DNA of 64,000 nucleotides from Macrostomum lignano. Taxonomy: Eukaryota. The notes beneath the pieces are model-generated. The model searched no databases. It was not told where the DNA came from and was given only the letters and a program-made list of their open reading frames with translations. The stretch spans positions 346,760 to 410,759 of the forward strand of contig NIVC01000639.1 of assembly GCA_002269645.1 (NCBI GenBank), given 5' to 3'. The translations under genes were made by a program, and so were the position numbers. How positions within the stretch are numbered: the first letter of the stretch is position 1; each line of letters begins with the position of its first letter. Below are positions 39,399-52,384 of this stretch, piece after piece.

Positions 39399-40429
39399 TT
39401 TACAACAGCAGAAAGCTGACTTAAATTCTGAGGCTCTGCGCAATCCAGCGCAATGCTTTCTCTCGGGAGTCACTGGGAAGACATTTATAATTTCATATGA
39501 GGTGTAGTTCAGCCATCACACCTTTGCATCACACCGGGCCGGACCTGCATGCCAGACAGACTGCTCCGGTGAGTCTCCCATCCGGGATATGGAGAGCAGA
39601 CTCAATGGCAGCTGCAGACAAGCAAGCGTGGCAGACGGGCTGCTGTAAAAATGTTTTACTGCAAATTTACCGTGACGATTTTGAGCCCAAAGCCAATATT
39701 TGGCTCTGTGTATCTTGTAACTAAGGGCGCTGTTGAGGAGCTGCGACGGGAGAAAAAATTTGCTCAACTGAATCGTAGCTCGCCTCAGCGCTTCTATAGC
39801 AAGCAGAAGCTCAGTGGGGAATGGAAATGTTTCGTGTAAGATGTTAAGCAGTTTTTTTTGAGAAGCCGACTTGAATCACCTGCCTTCTTATTTGAATTCT
39901 CCACTTAGGAGCACCCACGGTCTCAGGAGTTCTCAAGTATACTCTTGATAGCGAGTGACATGATAGGGTTAGTCAAGACAAGAAATGAGATAATGCTATA
40001 CTCGGCAACATCGAAAAGTTGCCATCACAGAAAATTCCGTCTGTGGTCGCCACTTTTGAGAGCGCAGGTATAAAGTCTCTCAATCTTTTCCAGCGACGCA
40101 ACTTAGCTACGCCGCGGCAGACTTGAGTTGAGGAATGAAGTGGGGGGAGCGATTTGCGAAGATTGGACGGATTAAAGCTACCGCGATCAGTTTTCTTACA
40201 TATTTTATTTCAGAATAGTCCAAGAGAAATTGCTCACTGGCGCATTTAGTGGCGACTTTCCAATGTCGCTGAGTATATTAGCTGAGGCAGTAGTGTTGAA
40301 TTGTAGAAGTGAGAAGAAAGGTGCTCACTTGAGAGCTTGGCTGACTCTATTCATTAGTTTGCAAAGAGATGGTGGATGCAGAAAAAGCGCGCATGGGGTG
40401 GTGGGGTTGAATTCAAGTTCAATTCAAGT

Positions 40430-40745
40430 GCTGCGGTAGGCCATCAGCAGTCGGTGGAGTTGCTCATTGGAGTGGCCCGCGCTCACTCAGATGCCGCTTC
40501 AGCACCTGGGCAAAGCGCTCCGCCTGGCCCTTGGTCACCGTGTGGAATAGCGTGAGATGTGCCGGATGCCGTTGGACCTGACGAACTCAGCGAACTCGGC
40601 TGGAGCGAATTGAAGCCCGTTGTCCGACACCAAAGTCCTCGGTAGGCCGAGACGAGAGAAGACTTCTCGCAGGCAGTTGATCGCCCTGCTCATCCTGTGC
40701 ACCTCTGGCCACTTGCTGTGCGCGTCGACCTGGACCAAGGTCCAC
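40430..40745 (-). mobile_element. Decayed Ty3/Gypsy integrase core fragment
   Basis: VQVDAHSKWPEV...CLREVFSRLGLPRTLVSDNGLQF...EFAEFVRSNGIRH, then after a shift KGQAERFAQVLK...LLMAYRS; deletions and stops. Confidence 0.85.
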
Positions 40746-40810
40746 GGGTCCCCCGAAGTCGAAGTGTAACCGCTCCCAACAAAGCTCAAACGGGGAAACT
40801 ACCTACCTTT

Positions 40811-40930
40811 GCTTGATGGGGCGGAAAGCAGCCTAGCCACCTGACCGCTCATCACGCAGCCCAGAATCCCCCAGACTCCTAATTGGAGAGCCCGCCAGTC
40901 CGCTTACCTACCTACCTACAACCTACCGTC
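40811..40930 (+). repeat. Dispersed repeat, copy 2 (homologous to 34783-34905)
   Basis: Direct alignment by eye; abuts the integrase fragment. Confidence 0.8.
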
Positions 40931-41904
40931 CTACCTGGGGCAACCTGCCTACAATCTAGGGGCACCTTATTGCTATGCACCTATGCACCTGTCGAAGGCG
41001 CTGGGCATTCGGCACACACGGCTTGCGCCGTCACCGATTGCAACTGACAGTTTGAGCTGTTAACCTGGGCGGCGGCTCAGGGCCAAAGAAGAGCACGCAG
41101 GTCCGCGTGGAGTGCGCCTAACCCTGCGCTGGAAATCGAGAAGCGACTAAGAAAATGCAGCCATGACCAAGATCGGCCTCGTCATGGACGTTTCAGCAGC
41201 TGCTGGCAAAAGCTCTGGGTGCAAGTGTTCCAGCCGATTGAGCAGACCAGGAGATCCTAAGGTGCCAGAAGTCAACGAAGACAGCGAATTGAGCTTCGGA
41301 AATCGCGTGTGCGACGTGCTGCGATTGGCACCCTGACTTCGGCGCCTACTGCCAAGTCCCGCACGAGTGGGAAGAAAAGAGGCAACAGAGCACGTCAGGT
41401 ATGTGGGTCTCATCGGCGTTTGCAGGTCGTGTGTGAAATTCGTTTAACAGTGCCCAGTAGTTTGTTGTGTTTGCATAAGAGCTGAATGCTATAGTTACCT
41501 GATCGCACTAAGCTGCCAGCCTCTTCTGATACATACCGGACACCTACCCATTGGCCCATTGGACAGCCCCCAGACACCCGGTTAGCATATTATTAATATG
41601 CATTTCAGACTAGTCGACAGCAGCGGCGAGTCGACTGCCATAAACTGCAGACTTAAAGTGACCTTCCCCGACTACTATTACTAACTGAACTTAAACAAGT
41701 CTGTACCTAGCGTTTTAGTTAACCATCCACCTACAGTAATTCTCTATCTAAACCTTTTTGCTAATTTTCTACATTTAAACTTTTTTAATTTATGCATCAT
41801 GTTGGCAAGGCGAGTTTTTCACATCAGCCGATAATTTTTATCAATAAACGCAGATCAAAGCCGAAACTGATAGCCTGGGGAACCAAGGAGGGGTAGAGAG
41901 AATA

Positions 41905-42570
41905 GGGGAGGGGATGAAGGAATCTGGGAAGGGAAGGGGGAATCGGAGAGGGGAAGAAGGAATCGGGGAAAAGAAGAGGGAATTGAGAAGGGAAAAGGGA
42001 ATCGGGGAGGGGATGAGGGAATTGGGGAGGGGAAAAGGGAATCGGGGAGGGGATGAGGGAATCTGGGAAGGGAAGGGGGAATCGGAGAGGGGAAGAGGGA
42101 ATCGGGGAAAAGAAGAGCGAATTGGGAAGGGGAAAAGGGAATCGGGGAGGGGATGAGGGAATTGGGGAGGGGAAAAGGGAATCGGGGAGGGGATGAGGGA
42201 ATCTGGGAAGGGAAGGGGGAATTGGAGAGGGGAAGAGGGAATCGGGGAAAAGAAGAGGGAATCGGGGAAAAGAAGAGGGAATTGGGAAGGGGAAAAGGGA
42301 ATCGGGGAAAAGAAGAGGGAATCGGGGAAAAGAAGAGGGAATTGGGAAGGGGAAAAGGGAATCGGGGAGGGGATGAGGGAATTGGGGAGGGGAAAAGGGA
42401 ATCGGGGAGGGGATGAGGGAATCTGGGAAGGGAAGGGGGAATCGGAGAGGGGAAGAGGGAATCGGGAAAAGAAGAGGGAATTGGGAAGGGGAAAAGGGAA
42501 TCGGGGAGGGGAAGAGGGAATCGGGGAGGGGAAGAGGGAATCGGGGAGGGGAAAAGGGAATCGGGAGGGG
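41905..42570. repeat. Purine-rich minisatellite (~19-20 bp GGGAAAAGGGAATCGGGGAG variants)
   Basis: Direct reading. Confidence 0.9.
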
Positions 42571-42883
42571 AGAGAAATAATCGCGAAGAGAATAAAAGCC
42601 GTCGTTTCAAAACCGCAAGCAGTGACTCAGTTTACAGATAAAGTATTTTATCGGCAAATTGTAACTGATGGGAGTCCTCAAGCCTTCGTCAGTTAAGAAT
42701 TTATTATTGGAAGAACAAGCCAACAAAGTGAAAGCAGATTTACAGGTGCTGCAGATTTTTAGCACAGTTTACAAAGCGCAATACAAGCAAAATTAGTATG
42801 CTTCGTATGAAAATGCGAAAGACAGGAACTCCAAAACACCGATTGAGTCTGGCAAACCCGATTGATGAAGAATGAAGCTGTGA

Positions 42884-45800
42884 TCACAGCAGCATGTCGG
42901 CAAAGTACTGATCGAACTCCTCCTCTCTGAAAGCGGATTTGAAAGGCGAAGAAACTGCAGTGAGAAACCTCGGTTTCCACGGCAGAGACCAGCTAACCTG
43001 CAGGAATTCCCACCTGCCCCCCCCGAGACCAGCTAACCCGCAGGCATTCTCACCTGCCCCCCCCCCAGAGACCAGCTAAGCTGCAGGCATTCTCACCTGC
43101 CCCCCCCCCCAGAGACCAGCTAAGCTGCAGGCATTCCCACCTGCCCCCCCCCAGAGACCAGCTAAGCTGCAGGCATTCCCACCTGCCCCCCCCCCCAGAG
43201 ACCAGCTAAGCTGCAGGCATTCCCACCTGCCCCCCCCCAGAGACCAGCTAAGCTGCAGGCATTCCCACCTGCCCCCCCCCCCCAGAGACCAGCTAAGCTG
43301 CAGGCATTCCCACCTGCCCCCCCCCCAGAGACCAGCTAAGCTGCACAAAATCCACACCTGGACGCGCCCTCATCTTCCACAGCCGGAGCTGGTTGTCGCC
43401 AAATTTCGCTCGCGTCAGCCGCTACCGCGTCTCCGGGCGGCTCCGCTGCTGCCTGCTGCTGCTCTGCTGCCTGCCGGATGGCGCGGATCCCCGCCAGGAC
43501 TTCGTCCTCAGCCTCCGTATCGGCGGCTGCGTCAGCTTCGGCTTTGGCTTGCAGCGGCTGCGTTGCCGACTCGGAAAGACGCTGCCGCTTGGCCTCGCGT
43601 CTGCGGTGCCTTCGGGTTCGGCATGCGGCGGGTTAGGGTGCCGAGGTGATGATGGCGAGGTGATGATGCTGAGGTGATTACACTGAGGTGATGATGGCGA
43701 GGTGATGATGCTGAGGTGATTACACTGAGGTGATGATGCTGAGGTGATGATGCTGAGGTGATGATGCTGAGGTGATTACACTGAGGTGATGATGCTCAGG
43801 TGATTACACTGAGGTGATTACACTGAGGTGATGATGCTGAGGTGATTACACTGAGGTGATGATGCTGAGGTGATAATGCTGAGGTGATTACACTGAGGTG
43901 ATGATGCTGAGGTGATGATGCTGAGGTGATGATGCTGAGGTGATTACACTGAGGTGATGATGCTGAGGTGATTACACTGAGGTGATGATGCTGAGGTGAT
44001 TACACTGAGGTGATGATGCTGAGGTGATTACACTGAGGTGATGATGCTGAGGTGATTACACTGAGGTGATGATGCTGAGGTGATAATGCTGAGGTGATTA
44101 CACTGAGGTGATGATGCTGAGGTGATTACACTGAGGTGATGATGCTGAGGTGATGATGCTGAGGTGATTACACTGAGGTGATAATGGCGAGGTGATGATG
44201 CTGAGGTGATGATGCTGAGGTGATGATGCCGAGGCTGAGGTGATGATGCCGAGGTGATAATGGCGAGGTGATGATGCTGAGGTGATGATGCTGAGGTGAT
44301 GATGCTGAGGTGATGATGCTGAGGTGAGGATGCTGAGGTGATGATGCCGAGGCTGAGGTGATGATGCCGAGGTGATAATGGCGAGGTGATGATGCTGAGG
44401 TGATGATGCTGAGGTGATGATGCTGAGGTGAGGATGCTGAGGTGATGATGCTGAGGTGATGATTCTGAGGTGATGAGTTAATTAATTTAAGGTGATGCTA
44501 ACCAAAGGTAAAGATTTGAGCAGACTAGTTAATGACGCTAAGCAGCTGCACCTGTCAATCACTCACTTTTTCTTATAGTTGAGCCGTGCCGAGCAGTCCG
44601 GGCAGAGGCGCAGCTTCACCAGCGCATTTTTTGTTTCTCCGCCCTCGGTGTAGCGAAAGTTCACCTCCCAGCTGACCAGGCCGTCAGCCTGCGGACGGTT
44701 AAAATTAGTTCCAATGATTACAGCTAGCTTCCATGATGATGAAGAACAAAAAGGCTGGGATGGGGGGTCGATTTCACAAACCCGAAACTTCCTATCGTGG
44801 AATTCGAGTTGAGTTAACAAAAAATGACAGCAGTACACATGACCAGAGGTGAGGATGCTGAGGTGAGGATGCCCTAGTGAGGATGCTGAGGTGAGGATGC
44901 TGAGGTGAGGATGCTGAGGTGAGGATGCTGAGGTGAAGATGCTGAGGTGAGGATGCTGAGGTGAGGATGCTGAGGTGAGGATGCTGAGGTGAAGATGCTG
45001 AGGTGAGGATGCTGAGGTGAGGATATTGAGGTGAAGATGCTGGGGTGAGGATGCTGAGGTGAGGATGCTGAGGTGAAGATGCTGAGGTGAGGATGCTGAG
45101 GTGAGGATGCTGAGGTGAGGATGCTGAGGTGAGGATGCTGAGGTGAAGATGCTGAGGTGAGGATGCTGAGGTGAAGATGCTGAGGTGAGGATGCTGAGGT
45201 GAGGATACTGAGGTGAAGATGCCCTAGTGAGGATGCTGAGATGAGGATGCTGAGGTGAGGATGCCCTAGTGATGATGCTGGGAGGGTGCTAAGGTAGGGA
45301 TTCTGAGGTGGTCTTAACCACAGCTGTGAGCAGCCTCATAGCGAGGCACTCACCTGCTCGCAGCGCTTCCCGCCGCAGGCGAACTGCCCCTGCCGGACAG
45401 AACCTCAGCCTCTGTGCGCCATCGCAGGCCGACCCGGCCCTCCTTGTAGCCCCTCAGGTCGGCAATGCAGTACTCCTTGTACAGCTTGTCCCAGTAGCGC
45501 TTGGCGAGCCGCTGCTCCCAGCTACCGGCCTCTTCGGAGCCGCCGTCCCACACGAACCGGTGGTGCTCCCTGATGATGTCGATGTCTCGCTTGTCGCGCG
45601 AGGCGTCCCTTTTGAAGTCAGCGTAGCTGCCGCCGAAGTACCTGGAAATTGGATGGCGCAGATGGGGCCTTTGATCTAAGCTCCGTGCATGGACCTGTGC
45701 TCACCGGAGCCGCGCCTGCGACACCAGCCGAAACCCGAATCCCGATTGGCTTTGATTTTGAGGATAAGGGAGGGTGCTGACACCCGAGTTGAAGACAAGG

Positions 45801-46251
45801 GAGGCAAAGCTGCTGATTACTGCGAGCTTAGTCAATTAACAGTGGGCTATGCAAGTTAAGCAGAGATGGCTACGGTTAGTACGCAGCTGAATAGGCTGCT
45901 TGTTTACCAGCATGCGGACGGCTACCTGATGTAGTTGTTCACCAGCATCTTGTGCCTCGAATAGGCGTCCATCGCCAGCAGCTGCTGCCTCCGAGCGCCG
46001 GCCTCCTCTCGACAGGCACCGTCGGCGACTGCCACGCCGCCGCTCCGCCGCGGTGCACCAAAGCCGGATGTTGACGAGGCAGCAGCCGCCCTTGCCTCAT
46101 CGCGGGGACGCGAGCGCTTCCGGTTGGACACCGAAGCGAGCCGCACGGAGGCGGCGTCCTCCGAGGCCGCCTGGCTGACGGAGTCCTCGAAACCGAAGTC
46201 CGACTGCCAGTCATCGGGCCCGACGTCGTTCGCCGTTGGCAACGGCTCGGC
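42884..46251 (-). CDS. FRA10AC1: FRA10AC1 homologue (spliceosome-associated); exons 46251-45926, 45641-45354, 44688-44567, 43600-43358, 42926-42884
   Basis: All introns GT-AG with matching phases. Motifs MDAYSRHK, HHRFVW, WEQRLAKRYWDKLYKEYCIADL, GLRWRTEAEVLSGRG, SWEVNFRYTEGGETKNALVKLRLCPDCS, SEIW, EEEFDQYFADMLL*. One 1-nt frameshift in the run at 45387-45390. Confidence 0.92.
42985..43345. repeat. ~41-46 bp unit CCAGAGACCAGCTAAGCTGCAGGCATTCCCACCTG(C)n in the last FRA10AC1 intron
   Basis: Direct tandem copies with a variable C run. Confidence 0.95.
43645..44475. repeat. 14 bp units TGATGATGCTGAGG / TGATTACACTGAGG
   Basis: Intronic in FRA10AC1. Confidence 0.95.
44850..45280. repeat. 14 bp unit TGAGGATGCTGAGG
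   Basis: Intronic in FRA10AC1; related to the 43645-44475 array. Confidence 0.95.
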
Positions 46252-46264
46252 CTGCGAAGTGGGT

Positions 46265-47250
46265 TGGGGAGGGGCGGAACCTGTGGCTGAGGAGGAGCGC
46301 AACGGCTGGGGACGAGCGGAACCTGTGGCTGGGAGGGGCGGAGCCTGTGGCTGGGGCGGAACCTGTGGCTGGGGGCGGAACCTGTGGCTGGGGGCGGAAC
46401 CTGTGGCTGGGGGCGGAACCTGTGGCTGGGGGCGGAACCTGTGGCTGGGGAGGGGGGGAATGTTGACTGGGGGCGGAACCTGTGGCTGGGGGCGGAACCT
46501 GTCGCTGGGGGCGGAACCTGTGGCTGGGGAGGGGCGGAATGGTGACTGGGGGCGGAACCTGTCGCTGGGGGCGGAACCTGTGGCTGGGGAGGGGCGGAAT
46601 GGTGACTGGGGGCGGAACCTGTGGCTGGGGGCAGAACCTGGGCTGGGGGTGGAACCTGTGGCTGGGGAGGGGCGGAACGGTGACTGGGGGCGGAATGGTG
46701 GCTGGGGGCGGAACCTGTGGCTGGGGAGGGGCGGAATGGTGACTGGGGGCGGAACCTGTGGCTGGGGGCGGAACCTGTGGCTGGGGAGGGGCGGAATGGT
46801 GACTGGGGGCGGAACCTGTCGCTGGGGCGGAACCTGTGGCTGGGGGCGGAACGGTGACTGGGGGCGGAACGGTGACTCGGGGCGGAACCTGTGGCTGGGG
46901 CGGAACCTGTGGCTGGGGGCGGAACCTGTGGCTGGGGGCGGAACCTGTGGCTGGGGGCGGAACCTGTGACTGGGGGCGGAACGGTGACTCGGGCGGAACC
47001 TGTGGCTGGGGGCGGAACCTGTGGCTGGGGAGGGGCGGAACGGTGACTGGGGGCGGAACCTGTGGCTGGGGGCGAAAACTGTGGCTGGGGAGGGGCGGAA
47101 CGGTGACTGGGGGCGGAACCTGTGGCTGGGGCGGAACCTGTGGCTGGGGCGGAACCTGTGGCTGGGGTGGAACCTGTGGCTGGGGTGGAACCTGTGGCTG
47201 GGGGTGGAACCTGTGGCTGGGGTGGAACCTGTGGCTGGGGGCGGAACCTG
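46265..47250. repeat. G-rich minisatellite (~18-19 bp GGCGGAACCTGTGGCTGGG variants)
   Basis: Direct reading; lies immediately 5' of the FRA10AC1 first acceptor. Confidence 0.95.
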
Positions 47251-47544
47251 TGATTGAGGAGGGGTGGACAAGAAAAACAAGTGGCTATATTTTCATATAA
47301 AGTGCCATTACAGCAACATATAAAATGAGCAGAGCCAACAGAAATCACAAAGCCAAACATGCCAATTCGGGTCAGATTCAGACTCAGATGAGTGCAGCAG
47401 TTTTTATTATTTTTATCAACAAATACAGGCAGCAAAATGCAATCCAAATATGGTTCAAAGCACACAGAGCGGAGAGTCAGAAAAGCTACGAGCTGCTCAT
47501 TGATTGCTTCGTAGAAACCGTGCATGGGATGAAACTGACGGGCG

Positions 47545-48020
47545 AATGACTGAGTGGTGCCGGGGCGAATGACTGAGTGGTGCCGGGGCAAATGACTGAG
47601 TGGTGCCGGGGCGAATGACTGAGTGGTGCCGAGCGAATGACTGAGTGGTGCCGAGCGAATGGCTGAGTGGTGCCGAGCGAATGACTGAGTGGTGACGGGG
47701 CAAATGACTGAGTGGTGCCGAGCGAATGACTGAGTGGTGACGGGGCAAATGACTGAGTGGTGCCGAGCGAATGACTGAGTGGTGACGGGGCAAATGACTG
47801 AGTGGTGACGGGGCAAATGACTGAGTGGTGACGGGGCAAATGACTGAGTGGTGACGGGGCAAATGACTGAGTGGTGACGGGGCAAATGACTGAGTGGTGA
47901 CGGGGCAAATGACTGAGTGGTGACGGGGCAAATGACTGAGTGGTGACGGGGCAAATGACTGAGTGGTGACGGGGCAAATGACTGAGTGGTGCCGGGGCGA
48001 ATGACTGAGTGGTGCCGGGA
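47545..48020. repeat. 23 bp unit AATGACTGAGTGGTGACGGGGCA
   Basis: Direct tandem copies. Confidence 0.95.
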
Positions 48021-48178
48021 GAACTGGAGCAGAGTGCAAAAGTACAGGACTGACAGGCTAATAACAGAGCATTCCTTGGCCTCGGCTGTTCGACAATCGA
48101 AAACAAAAAGAAGCGCAATACAAATAAGTTATAAATTAAATGTTAATTTTATGATTGGATGAGCTGCTTTGCTAACTG

Positions 48179-51100
48179 TCACTGATCCGTGAGAGCAGTC
48201 CCAGTCCCAGTCCCAGTTGCTGCAGCCGATGACTCCACGGGAGGCGCATCGGCAGGCGGCTCCGACATCGTCGTCGCTGCCGCCTCCGAGGCAGTCGACA
48301 AGGCCGCCACCGATGTCGGCACTCGCCGCTTCGTCCGCAGCTGCTGCTGCAGCGAGTCGCTGTCCTCGCTGTCCGCGTCCTGGCTGAAGCAGAGCCCCGG
48401 CTGCTCCGCCTCCTCCTGAGCCGCCGCCGGCTTCTGCCGCTTCTGCTGCTGACGGCGAGCCACCGCGTGCAGCTCGTCGTCGTCCGCTAGCGCGGCGTTC
48501 TTCGCCGCTGTCGCCGAGTCCTCGTCGGAGCTGCAGGTTGTTGCAGCGGCAGCGGCGGCCACAGCGGCGGAGGTCCTGGCGCGCCGCTTCCGCAGCACTT
48601 TGCCGCGCTGGCGCTGTCGCTTCGCGTCCTGCACCGGCGACTCCGAAGCGCCACCGACCGCGGCGTCCTCGGCGTCGGCAGCGGCGGCCCCGAGTTCGAC
48701 TTCATCGTCCGCTCGCCGATCCGAGGCGGTCGAGTCCAGAGAGGACGAAATCGAGCGGCGCTGCGGCTGGCGCGACTTCCGCTTGAGACTCGCTGACGGC
48801 CCCTGCTGGGCCTGGGCGGCCTCGGCCGGCTGCTGGGGATGCCGGGGCTGCTGAAGCTGCGGCATGCCGGCCGCGTCGGACTTCTGGCGTCGCCGGGCCG
48901 TCCGCTTGGTGCGCCGGTTGCTGACGACAGCGGCGCCGCTGCCACCAGCTGGTCCAGCGGCGGGGTCGGCGTCGGCAACCGGCAGCGGGGCCTTGAAGCC
49001 CGGTGGCTGCGCCTGCGTGCTGCCCGGACCGCCGCCGCTGATGCCGCCTTCGCCTGTTGTTGAAGCCGCGGCTGCTGCGGCTGCCGCTGCGGCCGCCTTC
49101 CTCTTGCGCTTCCTCTCGCCGTCAGCGCCGCCGCCACCGGAGGCGGAGCAGATCAGCAGGTGCTCATCGGCAGCCTCGCTACTATCGAAGATTCTGCCGC
49201 AGCTGTGGCAGGTGAGCTGCGGGTGGCTGGCCCTGCGGTGCTGCAGCAGCAGGTGCTGCATGCGGAAGGACAGGGTGCACACGCCGCACTGGTAGGCGTC
49301 GCTGGCAGGGTCGTGGCAGTTCACCTTCAAATCCTTCAGACGAACCTGCGGGTCAAGGAGGGAAAAGCAGATTCAATCAACTAATACCGGTAAATCGATT
49401 AATCAACCAACTAATCAATCAATTAATACATGTAAATCAATCAGCTAATCAGTCAATCAATAAACTAATCAGTCAATCAATAAACTAATCAATCGATTAA
49501 TCAATTAACTAATCAATCGATTAATCAATTAACTAATCAACCAATCTATCTATCTATCAATCATCCAATCAATCATTAAATCAATCAATCAATCATCTAA
49601 GTAGTCGAATAATCCATCAATCAATCAACTACGAGGTGTATTCAAAAAGTTCTTTTCGGTCCTTTGGCATTTATTTTTAAAAAGCCTTGTAAACAGAATT
49701 TTAGCGATTTCACCAAGTTATGTCTATGGCCTAAACGTTCCTAGGGTTTTAAGTCTCAGTTTGCAACTATGTTAGAGCAGCGAACATTTCTATCATCTAC
49801 CACTCAATTTCTTGGCCATGGCTGAATCATTTTCAAAGCAAGACGTTCGAAGCTTGATGAAGTTTCAGTTTCTGCAAGGAAAAAAGCCACCGGATATGTT
49901 TAGGGAGCTTCAGCAAGTGCTTGGCAAATGTGCACCAACTGAGCAGACAGTTCGAAAATGGTACCGGCTGTTCGCTGAGGGAAGAGAGAGCGTTGAGGAC
50001 AATGATCGCTCTGGAAGGCCGATGACTGCAACCAACGAGACTGTTGTGAAGAAAGTGCAAGAGCTCCTGGATGATGATCGGCGACGGACTTGCGAAGAGT
50101 TGGCAGAAGACGTTGGTGTGTCAGTAGGAAGCGTCCACACCATTCTGACGGAGCGTCTTCACCTGCAGAAAAAGTTTTGCAAGTGGGTGCCACACCTGCT
50201 GACAGGTGAGCAAAAGATGCAGCGAACTGTGGCTTCAAGCAGCCACCTGCGTCGGTTCCATCGAGAAGGGGAGGATTTTCTATCAAGAATTGTAGCTGGA
50301 GACGAGACGTGGGTTTACAGCTGGGATCCTGAGACAAAGGCCCAGTCTGCCGAATGGCTTCCAGCACATTCTCCAAGACCTCAGAAGGCCATCAGGAAGC
50401 AGGGCGCGATGAAGATCATGCACGTCATGTTTTTTGATTCCCAAGGAATCCTGCTGAACTGGGCAGTCCCACAAGGAACCACCGTCAATGGGACTACTAC
50501 AAGTGGATTCTGCAGGAGAAGCTGCGCCCAGCAATACGAAAGAAGCGCCCTGATCTGCTGGAATCTGGCGTGATCCTGCTGCACGACAATGCGCCAGCAC
50601 ATCGCAAGCACAACGTCGTGGAACTCCTGAGCAAATGGGGATGGGAAGTGCTCCAACATCCAGCCTATTCGCCTGATTTGTCGCCGTGCGACTTCTTCTT
50701 ATTTCCATCTGTGAAGAAGCACCTTCGGGGCATTCGATTCGACAGCGTCGAGCACATCGAGGCTGCATGCAATCAAGCTGTTCGCCAAACGGACGCGAGT
50801 GGTGTGAGTTCCGGAATCAGAGGCCTGGTAAATCGCTGGCAGAAGTGCAAAGACATTGGCGGTGAATATGTTGAGTGACCGAATCATGTTAAGCAATCTA
50901 ACAGTGTTTTCATAGTTCCAGTTGTTTTGTGTTCAGTTTTGTAGGGTACCGAAAAGAACTTTTTGAATACACCTCGTAATAAGTTAATCAACTAATCAGT
51001 CAATCAATCAATCAATCAGTCATCTAAGTAGTCAAATAATCCATCAATCAATCAATCAAGCCCAGTACTCACAGAACACCCAAGAAACAAAGACTAATTG

Positions 51101-52351
51101 CCTCACCTTGTGTTGAGAGATCACGTGATCGGACAGGTTGCGCACCTGCTTCTGGCACACAGGGCACTCTTTAGTCACCCGGGGCGACTCGTGGATCTGC
51201 TTGATGTGGCTGACCAGGTTTTGCTTGCCCTTCAGGCTGGCCTGGCAGTGCGGGCAGGGGAAGCAGCGGCTCTCGGAGGTCTGGCCGTGCACCCGCTGCC
51301 TGTGCACCGCCAGGAGCCGCTCGCTGCTGAACACCTTCTTGCACACTTCGCAGGAAATCTCGTCCCAGACCTCGGCTGCGACCGATTTGGAGGCTGAGGC
51401 GGGGACAGCGGACGCCGGCAGCGGCTCCTTGTGCACCGCGGCCATGTGGTTGCGCAGCAGGTAGAGGCGCTTGAAGTGGTGGCCGCAGAGGCCGCACTGG
51501 TGCGATTCGACTGGGTGTACATTGTGAAGGTGGACCCGCAGCCGGTACTCCGAGTTGAACTCCTTGCCGCAGGCCTGCGGTGCGACGGTTCGGGGGTCCG
51601 TTTGGGATTATCAGGCAGCCCAGCAACTGAGGATCTGGGAGGCTGGAACAGCAACTGAGGATCTGGGAGGCTGGCCCAGCAACTGAGGATCTGGAAGGTT
51701 GGCCCAGCAACTAAGGATCTGGGAGGCTGGCCCAGCAACTGAGGATCTAGGAGGCTGGCACAGCATCTGAGGATCTGGGAGGCTGGCACAGCATCTGAGG
51801 ATCTGGGAGGCTGGCAAAGCAACTGAGGATTTGGGAGGCTGGCCCAGCAACTGAGGATCTGGGAGGCTGGCCCAGCAACTGAGGATCTAGGAGGCTGGCC
51901 CAGCAACTGAGTAAATCAAAGCAGGCAGGCGATTTAACCTCGCAGGGATGCGTGCCGGTATCAGAGAAGCCGTGCAGGTAGTGCATGTGCTGGATCAGTT
52001 TGATGTGGTGGTTGAACAGGTTGACGCCGTCGCACAGATGGCAGCGCAGCAGCTTAGTGTGTTTGGCCATGACGTGGGCTGTCAGCTCGCGCAGGATGCC
52101 GTCGCTCTCGGCTACTTTGATGCGTCGCCGTCTGCTGCCACCGCCACCGCAGTTGAAATCGTCAGCGCCACTCCGAGTGTCAGAGTCGGAGCAGAACGGG
52201 CAGCTGACGGGGTTTTGAGCAGGTTGAAAATCAGAAACTCGAAATTTACAAATCTGCAAACAGACAGAGGCAGGCAGACAGACAGGCAGATAGACAGACA
52301 GACAGACAGACAGACAGGCAGACAGGCAGATAGACAGACAGACAGACAGGC

Positions 52352-52384
<33 letters not shown>

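Noticed and set aside
45939-47954. 671-aa and 452-aa Pro-rich ORFs
   Set aside because: They run through two minisatellites and use non-ATG starts; only 46251-45926 is coding (FRA10AC1).
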